A stretch of DNA of 64,000 nt from Octopus vulgaris (lineage: Eukaryota): assembly GCA_951406725.2 (NCBI GenBank), contig OX597815.1:56730001-56794000 (forward strand), read 5' to 3'. A program made the translations under genes and the position numbers. Positions within the stretch are counted from its first letter, which is position 1, and every line of letters begins with the position of its first letter. Positions 24,921 through 39,200 of the stretch are shown here, one piece after another. Under the pieces are notes generated by a model. The model had not been told where the DNA came from and did not search any database. It worked only from the letters and a program-made list of their open reading frames with translations.

Positions 24921-26220
24921 TAGGATATAAAATTTTCTTTGTCTCCCTTTCTCCCACTTCTCCCTCTATATAAACTTCGTGTAAATTACGGCTACAAAAA
25001 AGATGTAGCATGATTACTCAGACTAACAGAAAATACAGACTTCATATAAAATATGTGATCATTGCAGTAAGCACCAAGAACACTTGCCTGGGAAATACAT
25101 TTTCTCAAAAGCCCAGATAGTTCCTTAGAAGTAGTTGAACACTTCTGTTACCTAAGTGACCTAATCAACAGCAGGGATGAATGTTCTGAAAGTATAATGG
25201 TCAGAATAAGTATCAGTTGTATTGTTTTCTCTGTTGATAGCAAATTTTTTTTCTCATTGAATAAAAGGTAGACTATGATGCTTGTGTACAAACTTTATAT
25301 ATGGGTCTTGAATGCAGAGTATAAACTCAATCTATTGTTAAGCTCATTATCTCAAAATATCTTTATTATAACAATAGATTGTTATGAATCTTCAAAATAA
25401 AGTATAATTGCTATAAGGGAGGATAATGAAACACAATACAACATAAGATTAAGCTGTCAACTTACAATAATGTAAAAAGCAAGGATCATCTTCAGACTCA
25501 TGATGGCAAAGGAGATAATTCAGAGTTTTGCTTGACAGAATCCAAGGGAAGTTTCAAATGCAGTTATGCAGACAACCTAAAAATTTCCTTAGGTTCATAA
25601 GAGTTTCATTGAATGTGGCAACTGTCCTCCCCAAAGTGTTTTCCTTGTAAATAAAACATACTTTAAAAAAAAATGCCATTTTGTGCTTTCATTTCTTGAA
25701 AGGTCAGAAAGAGAACATCTATTACTACTCCACTACTGTTTAGTGGTAATACTTCATGAGACTACAGTAATATCAAGGTATATTAATGACATCACACTCC
25801 CCACTCTCAAACAACATATTGAAAAAATAGATGGCCAAGATAAATTATCAGAATCTTTGGGGAAACTATCAAGCATGAAAACCACAGACAATATGAAAGC
25901 AATATGTAACTAAGAATTGGAAAGCTGCATAAAAAGGATTTGGAAAAAGTTAGTCGAAAGCAGGCAATGACCTCCTGAAATTAAGTAATAGTATCAGCAG
26001 CCATCAATGACATTGCTAAGCTGACCAATGAAAGGGGAATATAAAATGTTGAAATGAAAGATATGGAGAAATTAGTAGTCTCATAGTAAGAGCTTTTATA
26101 TTGAAGAGCTGTGACTACAGCTAATCATTGGAAATGACCCTGAGGACTCAACTGTTGGGCTTATAACATCTAAAATGATGCTTACTACTGAATTTTTCAA
26201 TAATAATATCACTTTACTGA

Positions 26221-26640
26221 ACTAGAAATGCACTTGGAGAGTGCAGACCTCTGCCAAGCAGCTCATTTCCACTTAAATACACGCATGCTGAAAATCACCC
26301 AATTTCCCAAACTAATGCTGGCAATAACATGACAGAGACACTATTTTATCCTCCTCCCATACTTATCTCAACCATCATCATCATCAACACTGTCTCTGTT
26401 TTCACCACAATCACCGTCAAAACTACGATCACCACAATCAGTTTCTTTACACAGTTGAAAATCCATTATCCAATACTCATGGGACCAAGATTGTTGCAGA
26501 TTTTCGATTTTTCTAATTTTGGATTGCTTTATTAGAACCAGGTCTAAACACAATAGCTTATAGTCATGCTCTGAATGTAGATCTATATAAATCTTTAATA
26601 ATATTTTTTATACTTAAGACGATCAGAAATGTTAAGATAT
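26221..26640 (-). mobile_element. Putative non-autonomous rolling-circle (Helitron-like) element
   Basis: Minus strand ends tgcactctccaagtgca-ttt-CTAG|T at 26222; other boundary approximate. Confidence 0.4.
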
Positions 26641-27559
26641 CAGCCTCTACCCATGTTGTCATGCTTTGATTAAAAGGTTACAGCATAGATTAGATTACTT
26701 AGATAAGTTTCTGCCAAAGTTGACTCAGGTCATGTCTAATTTAATAGCACCGCCTGGAAGAGATACACTGTCAGCTCTGGAGAACCATAGCCCATTCAAG
26801 CAGAGGTTTATTGTTTTCAGAGTCATATCTGAGTGTGGGTGGTTTATCTGGTATTTGTTGAGGGTAATCATCTAGGGATCATTTGAATGCCATGAAGTCA
26901 CTTTCCTCCTTTATGTGTGTCTGGCACAATGTTGAAGAGAGCAGGGTCAATTGAGGTAAAATAGTTCTGTCATAGTGTTGTGATTTGACACAAACATTTC
27001 TGTAGTGGACAGATGGCACGGGGGCCAAGCCTCGAATGAATTTTAAAGATGGGCAATATTGATGGAATATTTTCCACATAATACAGATGATATAGAGCTC
27101 ACAGCAGCAGTGGAGGGAGGAAAGCTTGAGCTTTTTGAGTCAATCCCAATAGTCAAGGCATGTCATGTCATCCTCCGCAGGCCTCTGCCAAGCAGCTCAT
27201 TTTAAGATAGATACACAAGTAAAATTACTAAACTACTCTTTAGCAAAATGTACATATTTCGTTATCTAATTATGTTATTGTAATATTTCAAATGTAAATA
27301 TGTCCAGGTTTAGTGAAGTTTCTTATCATTATTAATAATAATTATAACAACCTGTTTGAAGAGAGTGCAATATAGGTCCTAATATTGTACTTCCTGTTTT
27401 CCCCTTCTATTCCTTCACCACTAATCAGTAGCATTTCTCTGGTCTGTTTCTTCTCAGGTGTGTGTTTGAGTATGAATGTGTGTGTATGAATGTATCTGAA
27501 ATGTATACAGACAAACACCTTTGTTAATTATCCCTGAAGTGAATGGCAGCTTACCTTCC

Positions 27560-30500
27560 TGTTATGGGGATAATAGTGATAATGGAACACCCCTCCCACA
27601 TGAAGAGTGATATGTGCTAGTCATTATAAATACTGTGAAAAAGAAGTTGAGAGTGTCAGTCAAGTAGTCAGTGATAGATAGTCGCATTCTTTACTTATCT
27701 AACTAACTATACTGCTATACTGAAATGGATGTTATGACAGTCCAACAGAAGATTACAACAATGGCAATGAGGAATTAACAAACTCACAAAAGTTTTTGTG
27801 CAAATTTTACAGTATGCAAAATCGTAAAATTATGGAAGAATTGTCGGCCAGTTTGCTTGAGTTGCAAAAACAGCAACAACAACAAATAAAAGAACAGCAA
27901 CAACAACAATTACTATCTCAGCAACAAATGCTACAATCAATAAATAGTAAGTTGTCTAAAAATGCTGAAAAATTGTTCTCGCCAGATTATGTTACAAACT
28001 CAATAACGGAATTTAAATATGAACCAGACAAAGGAGGTACCTTCAAGGCATACTATAGAAGATATGAACAGATTTTCAGTAAAGAGTTCAAAGATTGGAA
28101 CAATGATATAAAAATGTGTCTAATCTTAAGAGAACTGACAGCAGGAGTTACAGCAATTAAGTACTCCTGAAAAAACCTGACATAAACTTTAAAAATACAA
28201 TAGACATATTGTGTAAAATTTTTAGTGAGAAAAGCTTGTTGTTCAATACACACTGGAAATGTTTGAACCTAGAAAAGAACAATGAGGAGAGCTACATTAC
28301 ATATGCTAGTAGAGTTAACAGAGAACGTGAAAAGTTCAAACTGGACAAATTAACACCAGGTATGTTCCAGTGCCTGATATTTACTCATGGATTAACTGCA
28401 GAAAAAAGATGCAGAAATAAGAACAAGAATTCTTGCTAAGCTGGAACAAAACCAAGCTGTAACCTTACAAGTATCAGAAGTGTATGAAAGAATAGTAAAT
28501 TTAAGATATGACGCAGAAAATTGAACATAAAGATCGCTCCCAAGTGAAACAAATGCATCAGAAAATACAAAGCAAGCAGAATAGAAATTAAGTGTGTACA
28601 GTACAAGCAGGTCAGTACAGTACTAACAGATCAAAAATTAGGAGACAAACCCGTGTTTAGCATGTGGTGGTCTACATCTGAGAAAAAACTGCCCGTTTAA
28701 GAAAGCAAAATGCTTTCGTTGTGGGAAAACTGGACACCTAAAAATGCGCTGTAAAAATCAAGATGACAAAACATTGGAACAAAGATAAAAGAATAAACAA
28801 AATGTTGTCAAAAGAAAATGGTGAAGTAACAAAGAAGAAATTCATATATGTGTGATAAAAAAATATGCCCACACTAAATAATGTGACTATCCTACAAGCA
28901 TTTCTTGGGTTTAGTAAATTACTATCAGATTACATTCCCAATATACACAATGTAAGGGCCCCACTAAAGAAAAATGCAAAATGGTGCTGACAGAAGGCAT
29001 TTGACATATTAAAAAAACATTTCAACATCAAACTCATCATTAATGCATTTTGATCCAAAGTTAGAAATTATATTGGCTACAGATGTAAGTGATTATGGTG
29101 TAGGAACTGTGATTCTGCACAAATATGACAATGGGAGTAAAACAGGAATAGCCCATGCATCACCATTGTTATTACCAGCTGAAAGGAACTATACCCAAAT
29201 AGAAAAGGAAGAGTTAACAATCATGTTTGGTGTAAAAAAATTACATAGATTTATTCATGGAGGAAGTTTCTATCTACAAACAGATCATCACCCACTACTG
29301 TCAATATACAGTTCTAAAAAAGGAATATCAACACACACAGTGAATAGACTACTGCAATTGGGGCACTGCATTATGGAATTATGATTACAAAATGGAATAT
29401 TTACCATAAAAAAAACTAGGGCATATAAATGGTTTGTCCTGACTGATACCGAAATACTGCAAGCCATTCAAAGATATGGTAGTCACAGCATTCAGATCAG
29501 AAGGAGAAATAAAAATGTAATGTGGAATGTGATACATGAATTACCAGTAACCCTAGAAGACATAAAATGAAATGCAGAAAAGGACAAATTCATAACAGAA
29601 ATGAAAAGAATACTGTGGACAGGAAAAGTAAATAGAAGCAGGACTGGTGAAAGATGAAACCTACACATGAACCTATACTCAATTTGTGATGGTGTATTGA
29701 TGTATGCACAGAGAGTAATAATACCTGAAACATTGCAAAAGAAAATGTTGAGGGAATTTCATGTTGGACATCCTGGTATTTCGAGGATGAAACCTTTAAT
29801 GCATAGCTGTGTGTACTGGCCAAAAATGGATAGTGAAATCGCAAATTTAATGAAAGGCTGTAGTTGTGCTCTAGCAGCAAAATTACCACTGATAAAAAGT
29901 GAACCTTGGTCAAAAGTAGTTGTTCCGTGATCAAGACTACACATCAATTTCACTGGTCCCTTAAACAGTTCATACTACTTAGTGGTATTATGTAGTTTCT
30001 CTTAATAGCCAGAAATTGCAAGTGTGAAAAGTCAACATCCTCAACTGCAACAAATTTTCTACATGAGCCCTAAGAAAGTCGAATAAGGAAGTCATGAATG
30101 AGGTAGCTCTACAACAATTCATAAGTGTATACATTGTGAGACCGAATCCAAATACACCAGCAGGTATGTCACCAGCAGAGCTGATGTTTGCAAGGAAAAT
30201 AAAATCAATCTTCGACAAATTGGCAAGAAAAGAAAAATTGCAATAAATAATACAGCTAGATATTTCAGAATTGGTGAAAATGTATTTGTTAGGGCATATA
30301 AGAACAGAAAACAAAGTTGGGAAGATGATATCATTACCAAACACATAGGAAAAATGCTATATTTGGTAAAAAGCAAAAAGGGGGCATACAAGAGACACAT
30401 GAGCCAACTAAAAGGAAGATTTGTTGAGAGCAAACCCAAGAGAATGGAAAAACCAATGGAATAGTTATATGATACTTTTCAAGTACCAATGCCACTACAA

Positions 30501-30898
30501 ATATTTGAACCCAGATGCACAAGCAAAACAGAAAGAAAATGTATGGAGTTCCTGGGAGTGGATGCCAAATGTAAAAAAAATATTAAATATTAAATGTATA
30601 AGAAAAAAACTCAAAAACGGTAGGTGGGGTGATGTAAAATTTATTACAAATAAAAGAAATAAAATAACACTCTAGGGAAAAAAAGAGAAAAGCTTAAAAG
30701 GGGACATGTTATGGGGATAATAGTAATAATGGAACGTTCCTCTCAAGTGATGAGTGGTCATTGTAAATACTGTGCCACAGGAAGTAAAGAGTATTAGTCA
30801 AATAGTCAGTAATAGATAGCCATGTTCTTTACTTATTTCACTAACTATACTGCTATACCAGACCGGACGTTATAACAGTCTGACATTGGATTACAACA
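27560..30898 (+). mobile_element. Gypsy (K02A2.6/Mag-like) LTR retrotransposon, internally deleted
   Basis: LTRs 27560-27760 and 30707-30898 (TG...CA); PBS-like tggcaatgag; PPT aaaagggga; TSD cttcc/cttct; gag with two CCHC knuckles (~28655-28750); RNase H LATDVSDYGVG...YTQIEKEEL; integrase LREFHVGHPGISRMK. Confidence 0.92.
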
Positions 30899-31039
30899 CT
30901 TCTTCCACCTCAATAAAGGATTTTTAGGATTTATGAGATTTGGTAATTCATTGAGTAGTAATACTCATATAATTATTGGTACGTACAAGAGCCCTCTACT
31001 TTGAAGCAAACATTCACATAAATCTTCTTTTCAGATGCT

Positions 31040-33780
31040 ACCCACTCATCTAGTACGCAGTCTTAGAACAGCAACAATCTATGTTAGCACACTAGAAAGT
31101 AGGTATAGGGAGATTGTTAAGATGCTAGATTGGGGGCATGTAAACATGCAATGTGCACAAATGGTGAAATGGAGGGGAACCTCAGTTAGACCTCTCATAG
31201 GCAAAGATCAAAAGCATAAACTCTTTTGGGTAGACAATAGTGATGGTGAAGGAAGTGTAGGCATACTTTTCCAAACAGTTGGGTAGATTAAATGATCAAG
31301 ATAGTCAGAGTGTGTGATAGTAGAATTAAGCTTAGACTAGTCTGGGAAAGCATGACTGCAACATTTATCTCTGCTAAACAAAAGTACTGATTTTTACAAA
31401 TCCCTTTTGCAGATTACCTCTGTGATGAATGACAGTGAACTTATTTTTGTGAGTGGTGACTTCAGTGGGCATGAATTCCAAAGTATACATGGAGGCTATG
31501 ACTTAGGTCCTAGAAATGAGGGAACAACGTTCTTTGAGTTCTGTGATGCAAATAACCTGACGATTTTCAGCACAAACTTCGAGAAACTTCCAGCCACTTG
31601 ATTACCTATTAATCTAGTGGGTAGACAAGCCAGATTGACTACATTTTCATCATGAAACAGGATAAACAGATGTTTGTAAATGCAAAGTCCTTCAAAGTCC
31701 TACAACCCAACATAAGCCGAGGCTAAGGACTTCAGATTTAGAGCTAAGAGGACTGAGATGCAAACCAATATGGTAAAGGAAGATAGGAAGCTTAATGATA
31801 CAGTGAACTGTCATAAATTTAGAGAAGTACTTGTTGAAGTATTTGAAGAGAAGGAGGGAGAGATTAGAAATGTATAATGTAGAGGAGAAGTGGTAGTCCT
31901 TTGCAAACAGCCTATTGAGGGTGATGGACAAAATCTGTGACAAGAGCAAAATTGAGGGTGATGTGGTGGTGGAACAGTAAAGTAGAAAGACACATAAAAG
32001 CAAAGAAGCAGGCTTGGAAGGATTGTTAGAATAGGTACAGCAGAAAACTATACCAAGGTAGCTAAAAAAAAAGCCAGGCAACAAGTATATTTAAAAATGA
32101 GAGAAGCAGAAAGGAAGAGGTTTGCTAATGTTTTACAGCAATGGGGGTCAGAGGAATGAAGTATTCCAAAAAGCAAAAGAGTATCTCAGAGAGAATTGAG
32201 ATGTGAGCGATGATCATGTGCAGATGAATAATAGTATACTTGCACTTTTGTGTTATTGAAAAGATAAAGACATGGAAAAGCTACTATCAAAGGCTATTAA
32301 ATGTAGAAATTGCATGGGGGGAAAAAAAGAGAACCTTTCTTGTGTGGACCAAACAAGGGACCAGTTATTGTAGTTAACAATAGTATAAAAGATAAAGCAA
32401 TTAAGAATATGCAGGCATAGAAAGTTTCTGGTTCATCAGGAATCACTGCTGAAATGCTTAAATTATCTGGTGGAGTAGGATATGACTTAGTCACCTGTAT
32501 AGTTAATTAGGTTATACAAGGAGTTGCACCCAATGACTGGTTTACAGCATCATGGTTAACTGTTACAAGGGTAAAGGATGTGCCTTATGTAGTAGTAATT
32601 TCAGAGAGATCTAATTGCTGAACCAGATCTTGAAAATTACAGGAGTTAGATGAGAAGCAGTTTGATTTTGTTCCAGGGCGAAGTATTACTGATGTCATCT
32701 TTCTAGTAAACCAACTGCTGGAGAAGTATTTAGCTACAAATAAGCTACATTGAGACCTGGAGAAAGCTTCATTCTGTAATCTTGGTGGTCCCTGAGGAAG
32801 CTTCATGTTGACAAATGGTTTATTAGAGTTGTGCAACTATTATATAAGGGTACAATCAGTAAAATGAGAGTTAGCAATGAGTACAGCAAAGAATTTGGTG
32901 TACAGAAAAGAGTTCAGCAAGGCTTGGATCTTAGTCCCCTCCTATGCTTCATAGTCCTTCAGCCATAACAAGAATTTAAGATGGTTGCCCTTGAGAACTA
33001 CTATATACTGAAGACGTTTTTACAACTGAATCTTTAGTAGAATTAGAAAATAATTTCCACATGCTGTACTCAGTGCAAACTATGGCCACACAAGAGGTGC
33101 AGTAGGATCACAGAAAGGTTAACATAGAAAGTAGTGTTTGTATGTGGAAAATGTGCTGGAGCATTAAACACAAAGTACAAATGAGAAACAGATTTTCTCT
33201 AATGTCCAGAAGACTTCCTAGAGGTTATAGATAGTTTTTGTGACCTAATTAGCAGTGACGGAGGATGTTCAGAAAGTATTGTTGCTAGAATTAGAACAGG
33301 ATGGAGAAAGTTCAGAGAGATATAACCTTTATCAGCTACTTTTTCTCTGAGTGAAAGGCAGATTGTATGATGCTTGTGTATGAACAGCAATGCTATGTGT
33401 TAGTGCGATGTGGTTATGAATACTAAAGTCATATGAAGACTAAAGAGGAATGAAGCTAGTATGCTTCATTAGATGTATAATATCAGTGTACATGTACAAC
33501 AAAAAGCTAAAGTATTGAGAAGAAAATTAGGTATAGGAAGAATCAGCTCTATAGTGTTGAAAAGAGAAGACTGTACTAGTATGGTCATGTGATGTGGATG
33601 GATAATGGCAGCTATAAAAAGATGTGCCAATCACTAAATGTGGATGGAACTTGTGGAAGAGAGAGACCCAAAAAGACATGGAATGATGTAGTGAAGGTTG
33701 ATCTCATGATGCTGTGCCTCGAATAGTAGACCACAAAGGACTAAGATGATTGGCACTTGAGAAGATCCATCCTTCTTGAT
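31040..33780 (+). mobile_element. Near full-length decayed RTE-clade LINE
   Basis: LRTATIYVSTL...VKWRG (APE N-terminus), IFVSGDFSGH, QIDYIF, QFDFVPGRSITDVIF, ELLYTED (decayed YADD), GRERPKKTW C-terminus; pyrimidine-rich tail continues 34440-34860. Confidence 0.88.
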
Positions 33781-33875
33781 ATTTATGTCTGTACCCTCAC
33801 TAGGCCCTGCCCTGGCATGTAATCTGTCCCCATCAAGCTTTCTCCACTGTTCATCTTCCTCTCACCTTGCTATTA

Positions 33876-34380
33876 CCGTAAATCCTCAAGTATAATCCGA
33901 ATTTTTTCCCCAAAATTTAAAGGTCAAAATCCCTAGTGCATACTATATACGAGGTTAAAAATGAAAAATATTTTCTAAGCAATGTCCGAGTCTCTATTTG
34001 CTGTCCAGAAATGTTTATTCAGATGCATTTTGTGATATTGGGCACGAAAATACCTTAAGCTAAGCCTGAAAGCAATGAAGTCATAAAAGAATCATCCATA
34101 ACTTGCAGTAAGCAACATTTATTAAATGTTATTACTGTTATTACTGTTATTTCTTTATTTTCTGCAAACAAAATGCACAAAAAAGCGACATGTTTGCATT
34201 ATGTTATATATATAATAATATTAAAGGACATTATCTTATACATTTTTACAAACCAAGGACGTTATATAGACCTCTTTGACTCAAGTTAGAGAAGGGGTGC
34301 ATATTATACACAAGGTTTAGATTTTTCAGAGGTACAGCCCCCTAAAAATCCCCTGCGTATTATACTCAAGGACGGACTAT
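33876..34380 (+). mobile_element. pogo-like MITE, shorter derivative of 14459-15257
   Basis: TA|ccgtaaatcctcaagtataatccg start; colinear with 14459-15257 but lacks the transposase fragment; right TIR truncated. Confidence 0.85.
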
Positions 34381-34874
34381 GGCACTCTTCTGATTATGGC
34401 AGTTTTCAGTACTATAATCACATGAGAATAGAATATGCACATATTTCCCATACACACACACACACACACACACACTCCTGAACTTCTTTTAAAAGCTTTC
34501 TCACGTATCATTTCTTCAAACTTTTTTTTCAACAATTACTCATATTTTGCCTCCCTGAGATACATTACCTTATCTTTCACAACCTCTCTTATCTGCTACT
34601 ATTCTCATCACCCTAGCATATCTGCTGTTGAAACCCTCCATTATTATTCTCCACTCACTATAGCCACTCCTACATACTTCTGACATTCATCTCTGTCACA
34701 TATATGGCTCTTCTCCTCCCTTTCTCCTATCCCACACATCATCAACATATTTTCTAATTTACCTACAGATTTGTTATACTGCTGCTCTCCTCCTTTCCTG
34801 TACTGCACTTATCACCTCCTCCTTCACAAGTTACTACTTTTCTTGTACCTTCCCCTGCTTTACCACTGACCAGT

Positions 34875-35781
34875 GTAAAGACGGAGTGTAATTTTAATTC
34901 CGTGAATTTTGGGAGATTTTTTTCCGAAATTTGTTCCTATTGTGTTTTCAAAATTTGTAATTCTGACAAAAAATGGATACGAATTTCATTATATCAAGCA
35001 GCGAGTCAGAATTCGAAGGATTTTCTACTGAAGACCTTGATAAATCTAACTCTATGACTAAAAAAAAAAAGCACGTGGTATTTGATAATGAATCTGATGT
35101 TTCATTTTCCAAAAGTGAAAACAGTGAATCCGAGAGCTCCGACAGTGATAAAGAAAATGAATTGGCACCTGAATGGAGTGAAAATTTAAAAACTGTTTCT
35201 TTGAGTGATTTTTCTGAAGAAACTGGACCAAGCCACAGACTTTCCCAGGAGAGTAAAGCCTTAGACTATTTCTTTTTACTTTTTCGAATGAGCCTATTTG
35301 AAATCATTACGGCGGAAACGAACCGTTACGCTAAATGTAAACAAAGCGAAAAAAAGGATAGTTAGTGGTTTCCCACAACCTTAAATGAAATTAAGACTAT
35401 TTTGCCATAAATATTATTATGGGTATCAGAAAGTAACCCAAAATAACAAATTCTATCGTAAAATTTTGTTGTATATACCCAATTGAATATTAGCTAATAA
35501 CCCATTTTCTATAGCGATGTTTGAACAAAATTTTAATAATTTTATATTTTGTTGAATTTACTTGTATCTACCTGCAATTAGAGTCACTTTGTGACAAAAA
35601 TTATAGTATAGAATTGGTTGAGAACATTTCATTAAATTATCTTCCAAAAATCACATTAATATATTGATAAATAAAAAAGTTATAGTTGTTTAATGAAACC
35701 AGACTAAATTTATGTTTATGTTAGAAATTAATTGAAACACATAAGGGGTGTATTTTGGTCAGAAATATAGTAACGAAAGGG
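34875..35781 (+). mobile_element. Non-autonomous piggyBac element with transposase N-terminus
   Basis: ORF 34973-35365 has an acidic N-terminus plus ALDYFFLLF...EIITAETNRYA (PGBD-like); right end gtaacgaaaggg|TTAA; left TIR not seen. Confidence 0.8.
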
Positions 35782-36239
35782 TTAATATAAAAAGTGTAAA
35801 ATTTTACAGTTTATCTCTTCTTTTTTTTTGTTTTTCTATCATCTTTAATATGAAGAAGGACTCTGTCAGAAACTTTGTATGCTTCTCTCTCCATGACATT
35901 TTCAGTCCTCTTTTGATCGCTGTTTAAAATAGCCTAAATGACTCTGCTACTGAAGGTGCATTGCCTAGTTGGGTTCATAATTTGATTCCAGTCCAGAAAT
36001 CAAATTCACAATCTGTGAATTTAATTATGTCCTTGAATAAAGTGTTCCATTCACATTATTCCAGTCTAACTCACTTGAAAAGGAGTACCAACCAAGTGCT
36101 GATGCAGTCCCCTTTCCCTTCAACTGTCACATCTTCAATGTTCCATTAAGTCACTGGGTGGGAGGTCTAAGAAGGTGCCTATCTCCTCATGATTACATAG
36201 GCACCTAAAGCAATTAGCAGAAGCACAGTACATTGTACT

Positions 36240-39200
36240 AAGTTAAACTCACATGTTAACAATAGTTATGATTTTGATCGAAGATGTTCATTTAACACTG
36301 CATTTTTATGAATGTATCTAGAGTACTAACTGTGTGTGTTTGTGTGTATAATTACTATGCTTCTGGTTGACCTTAAAGAAATAGCATATCTAATCAAGAT
36401 ATGCCAGTAAAGATGCAAAAACTTAACTAATTCAGCCAAGAATCCAAAATGCACGTCTTTTGCTCAGTGAGACATTTTGAACTGTAACATTCTGTTATTA
36501 AGTCTATAAGGGAAAGGAAAGTTTCATGATACCGGTAGAGTATTGCCTTCCCCCATTACAATTATTTTTTGTCTTATGGATCTAGATGACGAAAGAAGCT
36601 CACAAGCAGATGCAATTTAATAATCATTTATTGAGATTCCTGATCTTGTGTCCCATTCTAGGTGTCCATCTTCATGGTAGTGCATGGCTTGTGGTATCTC
36701 CATTCACGTGAGGTACGTTACCTTTGGAGAATAACATGTGGTTAGAGTAGGTTAGAGTCCACTGTAGCTGCCTGCTTCTTAGTGTCCCTCAGCGTAAGCA
36801 AGCTGGAGAAGACTAAGAGTTTGAACATCTTTCGTACCTGCTTAAGTAACCGTTGTCGAGGAGAGCCTCGTTGTGGTGTCACACATGGCAATGGTTGTCT
36901 TGGACAAGATAATGGCTGCCAGCGAGATCTCATACAAAATGGTGCTGGCTACTTGTGCCACGCTACAAGGGCTCCCCCCTGAGAATGCTAGTGTGAAATT
37001 AGAATGACTGGAGCAGGCACAAGAAAAAAAAAGATGGCCACTGATTGTAAACAACAGGATGTGGTACAAAATATAATACAAAATGTGTTAAGTTGAGAAG
37101 AATAATTGCAAGCAATATAAAAGAGGCATGGATTGGAATTGTTCAGCACACAAGAAAACAATTGTCTGTCATAGGAAAAAAAAAGTTAGTTGTAAATAGT
37201 TCTGGTGAGTTTTTTGGACCAATGCACAGTGCGGCCTGTCCTGGTGACATAGGGTTTCATTGTGTTAGGTAGTGGCGACGAAGGTGGAAGTGTAGGTGAT
37301 GGTGTGGTCAAAGGTGCATGTGCAGGTGGTTGTAAAGGATCAAAAGTGGGCGTAGCTGGGGTGTTATTGAAGGGTGTGGACACCTCAAAATATGCCCTTT
37401 TAAGTCTGTTGACTGACATGGTCTCTGCCCGACCATTGATGTTGAGACTAAAAGTTTTAGGTGTGCGTGATAGCACACGAAATGGTCCCTTATGAGGAGA
37501 AACAAGAGGTCCTTTGACAGAATCATCCTGAACAAAAACATGAGTCCATTTGTCAATGTCTGGTGGGACGTGAGAGGGAATAAACTGGTCATGTGGATGC
37601 GTGGGTGGAAGATTTGAGAAATACGAGCAAAGTCTGGTGACAAACGACGTTGGATCAGGACACAATGAGTTGTCTGGCACCAACATTGTACCAGGGAGTG
37701 CCAGGACAGTACCGTAAAGGAGTTCAGCAGAGGAGAAACCTAAGTCTGCTTTAACAACAGTGCGACAACTAAGAAGAACGATAAGCAGGAATTCTGTCCA
37801 AAACTGTGGAGCAGGAGTAGTGCATAGAGTGGCCTTTAGTTGCCTGTGAAAACGTTTGACCATCCTATTGGAAGCTGGATGGTAGCTGGTCGTATGAATG
37901 TGATGAATGCCCAAGATTTGTGACAATTCACAAAATAAGGAAGCTTCGAATGGGCATCCACGATCAGTGGTTATTTTATCTGGGACACCAAAGCGAGCAA
38001 TCCAGTTAGAAACGAAAGCTTGAGCAACTGACTCAACAGAAATGTCCACTATTGGAATGGCTTCAGGCCAACAAGAGAAATGATCGATGCATGTCAATAT
38101 ATAAGAGAACCCGTGACTGACAGACTATGGTCCAACCAAATCAATGTGGACATGGCAAAAGCAAGTCTGTGGCAGAGAAAACTGTCCAAGAGGAGCACGA
38201 ATGTGCCTGTGGACTTTAGAATGCTGGCATTTCACACAAGAGCATGCCCAAGCGGTGATCATATGGTGCATATTAGGCCAGAAAAACCGAGCCGTAATAA
38301 GCTTTACTGAGGCAGCAATGCCAGGATGTGGCAGTGAAGCAAGGCATCAAAAACAGAATGCTGGTGGTTTGCAGGTACAAACGGTCTGGGAGAACCAGTA
38401 GCTGTGTCACAAAGGATTATGCCTTCAGCAAACAGAAGTGGAAGACAGGCAAACTTTCAACAGGACAGCTTAGCGGAAGTTAGATCCAATGTGTCCAGAG
38501 CTGGCTGATCCAGTGCAACGGTAGTTAAATCAACTGCAGCAGGAGTTGAAAGAGAACATAGAGGGAGATGAGAGAGTGCATCAGCAGGCAAATTCTCTGT
38601 TCCAGGTATATGCCGAATGTCACACATGAACTGGGAAATGTAGTCCAGGTGACAAAAAGCACAAAGCGAGTGTTTGTCCGATTTAGATGACAGAGCAAAC
38701 GTAAAAGGCTTGTGATCAGTATAAATCACAAAATCCCAGTCCTGGAGTTGATGTTTAAAGTGACGAATTGACAGGTAGATCGCTATGAGTTCATGATCAA
38801 ATGTACTGTAATGACACACAGCTGGCTGTAATTGACAAGAAAAATATGCCAAAAGCCAAGTTTGATTGTCAACTGTATGTTGCAAAATGGCACCAACTGC
38901 AGAATCTGATGCATCAACTGTTAAAGAGAGACGAGCATTAGGAACTGGGTGTGCAAACAAGGGAACAGAAGCTATTTCCTTCTTCATTGACTCAAAAGAA
39001 GATAATGTCTTGGCAGATAGAGTGATAGGAGTATTTTTTTTTTTGTATTTGCTTTCAATAGTTGAGTCAAGGGAAGTAACTTGTCTGCACATTTATGTAT
39101 GAATCTCCTGTAGAAGTTGATGATTCCCAAGAAGTGACGCAATTAGTGTAGAGAAGTAGGAAGTAAGATGTGTTGAATTGCATCGACTTTGGAGGAGAGA

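Noticed and set aside
25683-25913. 76-aa ORF following a possible acceptor
   Set aside because: No donor before the stop and no recognisable homology; probably decayed repeat.
35850-35882. aTGAAGAAGgactctgtcaGAAACtttGTA hammerhead-like motif
   Set aside because: C3 is missing and stem I cannot be formed; too degraded to call.
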